Assembly (NCBI GenBank): GCA_051294375.1
Contig: CM119271.1
Coordinates: 5,237,281-5,301,280 of the forward strand
Direction of reading: 5' to 3'
DNA from: Paraspadella gotoi
Lineage: Eukaryota > Animalia > Chaetognatha
DNA length: 64,000 bases
Shown here: positions 1 through 10,227 of the stretch, in pieces
Position numbering within the stretch: position 1 is the first letter of the stretch
How the letters are laid out: the number at the start of each line of letters is the position of its first letter
The notes under the pieces: generated by a model
Seen by the model: only the letters and a program-made list of their open reading frames with translations
Told to the model about the DNA's origin: nothing
The model's database searches: none
Program-made: the position numbers and the translations under genes

Positions 1-1910
1 TATCCTCCTCAAGCGTTGTAGAATGATGGCAATATTTGTTAATTTATTTAAGTTCTAAAAAAATCCAGACCATAAACTGCTAAGAAAATATTAACCAAAA
101 TCTTCTGGAAATCCACCCCTTCGTTTGGGAAGATTTCGCGCAGTAGAAGATTTTTTCCGAATCCGACTCCCTGGTTTTGAATAACTCTTAGATTCCGATT
201 CGTTAGCTCTTTTTTTTACTTTTTACTTTTAAATAAAAATTTCGCCAAAATGGACTAATTCACTTTTTACCATGATTGTATGTCATATCCAAAATAGACC
301 AAATAGAAATTGTAAAGAAAAAATTTTGGATAAGCCACTTCGAGGACACTTTGCCAAAGGAGGGATTTCAAAATTTGGACTCTCGATTTGTTTGAAAGGA
401 GGAACAAAACCTCGAGTCACGTGTATATCGTTTGTCAGATGGAAAAAATCCCTTTTCATTTCTAATATTAAAATCAGAGATGGAGAGATTTTTTCTATCG
501 AGAGCAGTCTATTTGTTGTCTTCGCTTGTTGATATCAAGATGTTTAATGATTTGGACAAGAGAAAAAAAAATGCGAAGCCCTTCAGAGTGGCAGAACAGG
601 ATCGGAATCAAGTGTTTTTACATCGATATTTTACCAGGATATTATTTACCGAGGAGCGTGTATATTGTTTGTGCGAGTCAGGATTTGGAAGCGAAAATCT
701 CCTTTGAAAAAGGTCTTCTCGATCTCTAAGAACGTACGTTAGACTTCCTATTTCTCTCTCTCTCTCTCTCTTGTCGCGGGCCGCTAGTTTATCCTTCTTT
801 TATGTTCCTCTAAAAGTCGGCCATCAATAAAGACCTGACGACGGCGATCATCTCTTCACATTTTCTTTTATTCCTTCTCCTCCTATAACCTGCCATAGAT
901 TTTCCCGCGCTTTTTTCTTTCTCCCTCTGGTCGCCTTTTCTTTTTATTTCCCCCTTTTCTTTAAATAGATTCTTGTGCAAGCTTTTTGTCATATTTTCGC
1001 ACCCTTCTGACTCGTGGGCAAATTTTTTTGAATGATTTACATTAAATTGTTATAAAATGTAGTCTTGAATTCCAGACAATAAAACTGGAACAGGAAGTAA
1101 TTTAACCAGGTTTTGTGTAGATTGCACACTCTATTTCCAGAAGACAACGCTAACGTCCCAATCCCAAACATAAAAAATATTATATTTAAATATTTAACAA
1201 AAAAATATTTTAACGAATAAATAAAATCATAAATAAAAGCTACTTTTAAATCTATAAAAAAAAAAAGATAGTGAAACAAGTAATTTTCCAACGTTCATAA
1301 CTTTACATTACCAACTAATTTTTCATCAAAGGCTTCGACAGCCAAACACTCGAGGATCAAACCCGAGACTGCAATGTTAGCTCCATTACTCCTAAGTAGA
1401 AGCCTAAGTAAAATCAAGGAGCCTTGGTGGCACCGCCAAGAGTCTTTTGATATCTTCTTTCCTTTTTCAAAGGGTCTCTCTCTCTCTCTCTCTCTCCTCT
1501 CTCTCTCCTCTCTCTCTCTCTCTTCTCTCTCTCCTCTCTCTCTCTCTCTTCTCCCTCTCCTCTCTCTTCCTTTTTCTCGCCACGACGTAAATCTCTTCAT
1601 CGTCATCCTATCTATTATCCCTCTCTCGCCGGGCAGCCTCTCTCTGTTTACTTCTCTTTTTCTCCGGATTTCCCTCTCTATTTGCTCCACCTTTCCTTGT
1701 TTGCTTTTTCCTTCTGCTTTAATCTCGGATGTCAGGTTCAGCAACGAATGTGACGCTTTTCTTCGCGACCGCTCAGGCGTCAGGCGTCCAGCGTCAGGCC
1801 CCGTTTTTATTCGATCGTGCCCGCGTGCCTTGAAGCCAACCACAAAGAGTTTAAATCTTTCGCCGCAGCGCCAGCGGGCAGGACTGCCTCTCAGTCGCCG
1901 CCTAACGTCA

Positions 1911-2823
1911 GGTAAACTGACCTAATGCGTCGGAAGGGCGGAGTGAAAAGTTGCGGATCAAAATTCGAATAGTTGATCGTGAACAGTCTTGGACTAAAGA
2001 AAATTGATATATAAAATTTTTTAAAAAAATGTCTCAATTTTCGCATACGCCCATATTTATACATAGTACTCACCATAGAAAATATCAAAGTTTTAAAATA
2101 TTTTTTTCTGAGTTCATGTTTTTCTGATTCGAAATCCTCATAATTTTTTTTTTTCTGAAATAAAAGAGACAATTTGACAGTTAAAACGATAAAAAGATTA
2201 AACGATTTGAAACAATATGACATTTAATGAGTATTGAGCAAGACTAATTGCACTAATGGCACTAAAAATAAAATTCAAACAATTAAGGATCATTGCGGAC
2301 ATTGCAAATTGGAAAAGTATTAAGTATATCAATGAAAATCATGAGTAAATATTATCATTATGGTTCCTAACCTTTACACTAGGCCATTTGCCATTTTTTT
2401 TTTTAGTCATAGACAGAAACTTGGCAAATCCTCATAAAAAGTTGATAAAAAAAATATAAGTCTTAATCCAAAATTCTTTCTTTAAGTTAGCCAGAAATTC
2501 AAAAAAATATACTAAAATTTAATTATTGGTTAATTATAATAGCTTTTTTAGGATTGTCCCACTTAATGAAATAACTTTCTTAAAAGAGTTATATTTCCTT
2601 ATATCAACTTTTCATGAGGAATTCGAATCTGCTTTTAAAAATAAGAAAAAAACATTTTAAAATTCTGACATTTTCTATGTATAAATATGGGCGTATGCGA
2701 AAATTGAGAAATAATTTTTTTATTTTTTTATTTAAAGGTACTAGCCTGTTCGTGATCTACTATTCGAATTTTGATTCTACTTAATTTTAATATTTTTTGC
2801 TACGCTGTATTCGTCAGTTTGCC
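1911..2823. mobile_element. Non-autonomous DNA transposon (MITE-like) with long imperfect terminal inverted repeats
   Basis: Perfect 35-bp inverted pair TCTCAATTTTCGCATACGCCCATATTTATACATAG (2032-2066 vs 2675-2709). Further inverted blocks: TCAAAATTCGAATAG (~1958 vs ~2760) and GGTAAACTGAC/GTCAGTTTGCC (1911 vs 2813). AT-rich non-coding interior. A related copy lies at ~22460-23025. Confidence 0.7.
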
Positions 2824-4659
2824 ACGCCACAGAGGAATAAAAATAACCAAGCCGATTTTGTGGTCTTCGCCCCAATTCTTGGTTTCTCGTAATCGAGGTT
2901 CTCGTTAAATCAAGATTCTCGTTAAATCGGGATTTTTCTTTCCGCGAATAGAAATGGGTCAGAAAAGATGATTCACGTCGACAGTAAATTATCCTCCAAT
3001 CAAAAAGAGGAAATCATCATCTGGCGGAATTTTTCATATTGACGGTTTTGCAACTTGATGTAATAAGTGATTAGCTGGGTTTTTTTTCTACCATCAGATT
3101 TAATCTTTTGTTTAAATGAAACCATAAATTATTTTATATTTGAAAAAAAAAAACAACGAAAAAAACATTTGCCATTTTAAAGCAATTCGATTTGGCTAAA
3201 AAAAAACAAAAATTGTACATTGACCACACGATCCACGGTCCAAAATATGCCATTGAAAGAATGGGGTGTGTCATTTATAAATACAATTATTAAAGACTCC
3301 ATATTTAAAAAAAAAAACAGTTTTAATTTTCCGAGCAAAACAACTTACCATAAACTCACCCGAATATTTCATTCCTTCTTCGTCAACTTTTCTCGTCCAT
3401 CAACAAGTCTATCGAATTTGGACCCCAAAAAATCCGGAAAAATGGAGATAAANNNNNNNNNNNNNNNNNNNNNNNNNNNNNNNNNNNNNNNNNNNNNNNN
3501 NNNNNNNNNNNNNNNNNNNNNNNNNNNNNNNNNNNNNNNNNNNNNNNNNNNNNNNNNNNNNNNNNNNNNNNNNNNNNNNNNNNNNNNNNNNNNNNNNNNN
3601 NNNNNNNNNNNNNNNNNNNNNNNNNNNNNNNNNNNNNNNNNNNNNNNNNNNNNNNNNNNNNNNNNNNNNCTCCGGGTTTTTGGAGGCATAAATGCAACGG
3701 AATCCTGGGTAATGATCTGAGGAAGAAAGAAGGAGGTAAGGAATCGGATGAACGGCCACGAGTTGAGGTGGAGAGAGAATTCCCGGATGAGGTGGAGAAC
3801 AATTCTGGGTGGTTTCGAGTGGTAGGGTGGTTATCGATGATGGAGAGTATAATGCCGGTAGGAATGAATAGTTTAGAATGATCGAAGAAAGCGCGCGGAC
3901 TATTTAATTAGCCCATATCCAAAGTAGCGTGTGGTCGGGGTTAAAGTAGGAAAATGTATTGATGAAAAGTCGTATGACTTCACAATTGGCAGCTGTGACG
4001 ACATAAATATAAATGTGGTGGATGAAAAGAAAAGAGCAAGAATCGCTCCACTTGGTGGGAAATACTTTGCGGAGAAACTGAGTATTTTTATGCTTCTTTT
4101 ATGGATTCGTTGTTCTTTGTAGTTTGTAGTAAAGGGTAGTAAAGGGTAAAGGGTAAAGGGTAAAGGGTAAAGGGTAAACCAGAGAGAGATCGACGTAGAC
4201 TCTCTAGGTTATGTACAAAAAAAGTAATTAGGGAAAGCAAGGTCGATGGGTAATCGTTCAAAAAAAAAAAAAANNNNNNNNNNNNNNNNNNNNNNNNNNN
4301 NNNNNNNNNNNNNNNNNNNNNNNNNNNNNNNNNNNNNNNNNNNNNNNNNNNNNNNNNNNNNNNNNNNNNNNACAACAAAAATTAACCTGGCAGAACGGTT
4401 TTACTGATGCGATTTATAAGGTTGAGAGATATACCGATAACGAAAAAAAAAGAGAAGCAGTTCTCGTAAAGAACACATTACACGATGCAAACTCTTCATG
4501 CTTCATGATATAATGCAAAAATATTCTTAAAACAAGAAATTTTATGCCTCCAGACTGGGACGGTCAATGCATACTGATGAAGGTCATGGTTAAAAGAGGT
4601 CGAGAGAGAGCATGAGAAAGAGAAATAGAGAGAGAGAGGAGGAGCGAGGGGGAAGAAGA

Positions 4660-4694
<35 letters not shown>

Positions 4695-5580
4695 GGTAAG
4701 AGGCCTGAAATGAGATTGATGACGTTGACAGATGGAAGAAAACTGCGGCAGAAACGTCTTAGACAAAAAGACTTCGATGGGGACAAAACTCAGAAAAGGG
4801 GGAAAGAGCGTGACGATGAGCGGCGGACGACGGGGCCTTTGCATCTCTATGAGAGCAATACCTCATTTTTTTACCCAGTTGTCAAAAGATATAACTAATA
4901 TTCGGGATGAGGGTTAAGGAAAAGACTGAGTTTGAGCCTTCAAAAAAATCAAAAATAAATATTTAAGTTGAGATTAAGTTCAAGGATTAGTAAACGAAAT
5001 TAGGCGCTTTCAGAAAATAAAACTTTTTTTGGTTCTTCTTGCAATCTGACATTGTATATCACAAAAAAATTTCACTATTTATAATAAAATTAGTACTATC
5101 TATAGATTCTATACTTATTCATAAATAAGCTTTGTTTTCTCCTGACTTTGAACTGGCTATGGTTTCTTTCAAGATAATAACTTAGCAAGATACAGTCATG
5201 ATTGATTTTTTTAGCTTACCTTTGGTCCGTTTTAAAGTTTAATAAAAGCGTTAATGAAATCGTTGCAGCTAAATACGTCTGCAAATATCTCAGTCTTTTC
5301 TCCCCACATTTCATTCCAGATTCGGAAGCATCGGTTCCTGACTCTTTCCCTCTTCCTAGCAAAGGTGGAATTGATATCTCTAATCTAGAGGCATGTCAGA
5401 AGCCAGCAACCCGAAACGAAAACAAACATTTTAGCCTGAGGGAATGAGAGGACAGACAGAGAGAAAGAAAGAGAGAGAGAGAGATAGAGAGAGAGAGAGA
5501 CAAAAACAAAATAATTAGAGTGCCATTTATGGCTCCGGTTTCGAACAAGATATTGAAAAAAAAAATATTCGGCCATTTAA

Positions 5581-6039
5581 AAACAAGTTTGAGCAAACAA
5601 TGTCGGATCTTCCCACGATCATTAGCGGTAATTAATTAATTAATTAATACAAACTATATAAACTAAAACAATAATTTAATTAATAAATAAATTAATTTGC
5701 TCCGAAATGTTTGTTTTTAGGTATTTCGTCACTGACCACGACAAAAGCAACGACAACGATGATGGCGATTACGACTTAAAGATTGACATAAAGATTGAAA
5801 GATTAACTTGATTAAATAATCAATTAATTTATAAATAAATTGATTGATTGACAGACGGACAGACAGACACACAGACAGACAGACAGATGGACGGACATCT
5901 TTTTTTTCATAATTTATCAAAATTCGATATTCTGACATGATATATGTTAATGCCCGACAAGATTGAGGGGGCGGACTGACGGACCGAAAAAGTGAATTAT
6001 AGAGTCGGGATCTGCTTATAAACAGATCCGACTAAAAAA
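5581..6039 (-). mobile_element. Helentron-associated non-autonomous element (HINE/DINE-1-like), family A
   Basis: Read on the minus strand: T-run, terminal stem-loop AGTCGGATCTG..CAGATCCCGACT, (GTCY)n microsatellite at ~5850-5895, subterminal inverted repeat AGATCCGAC near the other end, short stem-loop GTTTG-CT-CAAAC, ending CTTGTT. A second copy is at 7805-8026. Confidence 0.65.
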
Positions 6040-6424
6040 GTCAGTAAGTACGGTTGAAGAGTAAAGGTAGACGACTTCATGATAAAATATTATTCTTGAA
6101 AAATTATCAATATCAATAGAGTGTAATTCAATGGTTCGATCATTATGGTACAAGGTAAGACAAGATGACAATTTGAAATCCGCCAATCAAAAAAATCTGC
6201 CATTTATATATTTAGTTTTTTTTCATTTTTGAAATTAATTTTGCAGTGAAGATTAGGGCACTTTTTTTCGTATACGTTGTATGCATTTTTTTTTTTAATT
6301 CCTAAATGCCTAAATTAGTAAATGTCTGTACGACTGATCTACTGCTAAATATTGCAAATAAAAATTTGATCGAAAAATATTTTATCCCATTTTTCCCCCC
6401 CATCAGCATCCGTGTTCCCATTTC

Positions 6425-7067
6425 TCATTTCCCATTTTTTATTTGACAATTGACATCGAATACACATTCCGGCCTATGACGAATGGGATCTTTGACACAT
6501 TTGTATCCCGAGCAACAGGGTTTAAGGGAAAAGGCACAAACTTCTCCTTTTAACAAGCAACTCTGGGTCAAACCGACACTTCCGGCTTTGACAGCGACGT
6601 CGGCAGCTGCTCTGGCTCTCTCGACAACATCTGGAACTACTCTGGTTACGTTTTCCCCTTTGACTGATCCTTTGGTTCGTTGTTCCAATGGACAGGTGTC
6701 ATTCATCGGTAAACATTCAGCAAAACGACTTCCCGAGGGTTTGACGCATTTGTATCCCGCGCAACAGGGTGAATTGGAAAGGGCACAATATGATAAAGTA
6801 CAAAACCGGATCAAATAGGCTCCGGCTCTGGGTCCCTCAGCAAAGTCGGCAGCTAATCTGGCTCCCTTGATAACGTCAGGAACTTCTCCGACTTTGTTTT
6901 CCATTTTGACCTCGTCATCGACCTGATTCGAGACAAAAATCAAACAAAAGTCGGTGAGCCGGATTTAAATTAAATATTACTTTTCCAGTCGAACTAACAT
7001 GGCGTGGCGTCAACGAATTCGCATCCGCCAAGACGATGACCGACATAACCAGCAAGAGAATCTTCAT
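6425..7067 (-). CDS. Secreted double knottin (ICK-like) toxin/defence peptide precursor, 194 aa; exon 1 7067-6981, 58-nt phase-0 intron 6980-6923, exon 2 6922-6425
   Basis: Exon 1 reads MKILLLVMSVIVLADANSLTPRHVSSTGK (hydrophobic signal peptide, AxA cleavage site), then a GT..CAG intron splicing in frame to VDDEVK... of ORF 6425-6943. Two domains, CTLSYCALSNSPCCAGYKCVKPSGSRFAEC and CLLKGEVCAFSLKPCCSGYKCVKDPIRHRPEC, have the C-C-CC-C-C framework. Internal duplication period is 249 nt/83 aa. Confidence 0.85.
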
Positions 7068-7248
7068 TTTTCGTCGCGACGAAAAAAAGAAAAAGAAAAG
7101 GAAAAAAGATAAAAATAAGAAAAAAGGAAAAAAAAAATTGTCCCGGTGCAGCTCTAATGTCCCGCTAAAAGACTAAGCGATGAATGAACGAGACAAAAAT
7201 TACCCAAGTAATGCGCATCGTTCGAATCGAAGTTCCGATCAAGATTCC

Positions 7249-7254
7249 TTTATA
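7249..7254 (-). promoter_or_regulatory. Candidate TATA box of the knottin precursor gene
   Basis: TATAAAGG on the minus strand ~185 nt upstream of the ATG at 7067; also present in the inverted copy (~29272). The AT-rich background makes it weak evidence. Confidence 0.35.
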
Positions 7255-7804
7255 TTTCACTTCTATTCAAAACTGAATAGTCAAGGCCCATACAAATTAT
7301 ATTAATATGGGCAGATTTCGAAATCTGGGGCGTCTTGGGAAGCCAATGGAGGTAGAGCGCGATCGAAATTTTTATTTTATCATGCCCAAAAATAGTATTT
7401 AAATGGACTGGTCAGACCGTCTTTTCCCTTTTTCCAAAAAAACCTGCTGGCTCTTAAGTAAAAAAAAGGACAAATCATACATATCAGGACGGTTTCGGAG
7501 AGCTTATTGTTTTCTCTACATGATGAAAAAAAGAAAAGTTAAAATTCTTGCAATCTTTATTGCTTGATAAAGCAATCAAATGAACTGCTTTTAAGGTGAA
7601 AGCTGCATAGTCAACACTTCATATTTTTTTTTGTTTTTTACTATCTATTTCATGTACAGCGCGGGGATAAATTTAGTTTATTTATATTAAATCTCGTGCA
7701 AATAGAAAAAAAGTTCGTTTATCGCATGGTAAAGCCATTTTTAAGTGCTATCCGGGCCGTATTTAAAACTGGTCATAGAGGTTATCTCAAAAGGACTTCA
7801 ATCG

Positions 7805-8026
7805 AACAAGTTTGAGCAAACAATGTCGGATCTGCCCACGATTTTTATCGGACGGATGGACGGACGAACGGACAGACGGACATCATTTTTTTTGCATAAT
7901 TTTTCATAATTCGATATTCTGACATGATATAAGTGAATGCCCAACAAGATTGAGGGGGCGAACCGATGGACCGACAAAGTGAATTATACAGTCGGGATCT
8001 GCTGATAAGCAGATCCGACTAAAAAA
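7805..8026 (-). mobile_element. Helentron-associated non-autonomous element (HINE/DINE-1-like), family A, shorter copy
   Basis: Same termini as 5581-6039 (AACAAGTTTGAGCAAACAATGTCGGATCTG ... GTCGGGATCTGCTGATAAGCAGATCCGACTAAAAAA), (GACR)n tract and shared core ATTCGATATTCTGACATGATATA. Confidence 0.65.
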
Positions 8027-8248
8027 GAAAGAAAGGGTTACAAAACAGCAACGCCGTGTCTTGCACGTGATGTGGCCTTTAAATTCTTCATTTGCTCTCG
8101 ATTAACTTTTAAAAATAAATAGAACTCTATGTATATTATATTGTATATTGTATAACCGTTAGATTTTCTCCGTCGCGAGTCGGTCCTGTTTACTGTCTCG
8201 ATAAAATTCTCAACATAATCGACTTTTACGAGGAGATTCGCCCTTCGT

Positions 8249-9245
8249 CAACAAAAAAAACATTTTGGGCCCCAAAACTTTTTTTGTTATTTTTTCGCCA
8301 TGTTTTGATTTCGTAACATTGAAATGATACACGCGTGAAACTTATTGTTAAGCCGGTATTCAAGTTTGTATTCGTAACAATAAATTCCTTACATCTCGAA
8401 AAGTCTTTTTCTCAAAATATATTTATTAACAAAAAAACATTTTGGGCCTCAAAACTTTTTTTGTTATATTTTCGCCATGTTTTGATTTCGTAACATTGAA
8501 ATGATCCACGCGTGAAACTTATTGTTAAGCCGGTATTCAAGTTTGTATTCGTAATGATAAATTCCTTACATCTCGAAAAGTCTTTTTCTCAAAATATATT
8601 TATTAACAAAAAAACATTTTGGGCCCCAAAACTTTTTTTTATTTTTTTGCCATGTTTTGATTTCGTAACATTGAAATAATGCCCGCATGAAACTTATTGT
8701 TAAGCCGGTATTCAAGTTTGTTTTTGTAACGATAAATTCCTTACATCTCGAAAAGTCTTTTTCTCNNNNNNNNNNNNNNNNNNNNNNNNNNNNNNNNNNN
8801 NNNNNNNNNNNNNNNNNNNNNNNNNNNNNNNNNNNNNNNNNNNNNNNNNNNNNNNNNNNNNNNNNNNNNNNNNNNNNNNNNNNNNNNNNNNNNNNNNNNN
8901 NNNNNNNNNNNNNNNNNNNNNNNNNNNNNNNNNNNNNNNNNNNNNNNNNNNNNNNNNNNNNNNNNNNNNNNNNNNNNNNNNNNNNNNNNNNNNNNNNNNN
9001 NNNNNNNNNNNNNNNNNNNNNNNNNNNNNNNNNNNNNNNNNNNNNNNNNNNNNNNNNNNNNNNNNNNNNNNNNNNNNNNNNNNNNNNNNNNNNNNNNNNN
9101 NNNNNNNNNNNNNNNNNNNNNNNNNNNNNNNNNNNNNNNNNNNNNNNNNNNNNNNNNNNNNNNNNNNNNNNNNNNNNNNNNNNNNNNNNNNNNNNNNNNN
9201 NNNNNNNCTTACATCTCGAAAAGTCTTTTTCTCAAAATATATTTA
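8249..9245. repeat. Tandem repeat, ~178-bp unit (at least 3 units, running into an N gap)
   Basis: The unit AACAAAAAAACATTTTGGGCCCCAAAAC...CCTTACATCTCGAAAAGTCTTTTTCTCAAAATATATTTATT restarts at ~8249, ~8428 and ~8605, and resumes after the gap at 9208. Confidence 0.85.
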
Positions 9246-9971
9246 TCAAAAAAAAAAAGATTCTAGTTTCCTGTGCTGTAGTGACGCTTCTCGAAGGATG
9301 GAGTAAACGAAGGCAAACGACTCTCTTTATAATTATATGCAACTTTCCCGTCTTCGACCTGAATCGTCTTCGAATTCAATCGGGTTACATCCGGGATGTC
9401 TCCAATTCAATCGGGTTACATCCAGAACGTCTTTGTCTTCAATCGGCCTACGACGTCTTCGGGTCTATACAGGAGTTAAATCGAGGAGGGGACTTTTTCA
9501 GCCACATTCGGTATTCTGTATTCAGTCACGTTCCGGTAAAATCTGGGTAAATCGTAATGCATTCATCTTAGTGTCAATAACTTTCAAAGTTATTAGTATA
9601 AATGTCAATAGCCCCAAATTAAACTACATTTTCTTTAAAAGTTAATTTTTTCATCGACTGAATTATATAAAAACAGTTCACTCAGATTACATCCGGGAGT
9701 GCCCCCCGAGTGGCCCCGAAAAAAAAAATAGGAAGTTGAACGTTTGTTTTTCATTTCATCTCACGTCTGCTGTGGGAATTTGGTGTCGAAATATTATCTC
9801 TCTCTCTCTCTCTCTCTCTCATCGATCTCCATCCTCTCCTCTCTCTCTCTTCTCTCTCTCTCTCCGCTGTCACATTGCCATCGCTTGCGGGCGCGATCTG
9901 GCAAAAAAAAAAGATGACAGCTCGAGACAGAGAGATAGATTGGGCCTACCTCAAACCCTCATACCTCTGTC

Positions 9972-10014
<43 letters not shown>

Positions 10015-10163
10015 CTCTCTCTCTCTCTCTCCTCGTTTCGGCTCAATTTCCCGTCTTTATCCGCCCCTTTTTGCTCCATCATGAAAGCCCATGCTCACCG
10101 CCATTTTTGCTCCACTGCTGTCGTCGTATTAGGCCATCAGTCGGCATTGAAACAACTATTAAC

Positions 10164-10227
<64 letters not shown>

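Noticed and set aside
272-729. Three overlapping short ORFs in non-repetitive sequence
   Set aside because: No recognisable domain, consistent frame or splice structure.
1295-1925. Long overlapping ORFs (182 and 183 aa) and the many similar ER/SL-rich ORFs across the window
   Set aside because: Open only because (GA)n/(CT)n microsatellites lack stop codons; no domain-like content.
3220-3802. ORFs containing long X runs (also at 8687, 14242, 15645, 55667, 56448 and 57899)
   Set aside because: Their length comes from N gaps.
4130-4178. (TAAAGGG)n heptamer resembling a telomeric repeat
   Set aside because: Not TTAGGG, TTAGG or TTTAGGG; short and interstitial, so treated as a simple repeat.
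6483-6818. 111-aa plus-strand ORF with an internal repeat
   Set aside because: Antisense shadow of the knottin exon.
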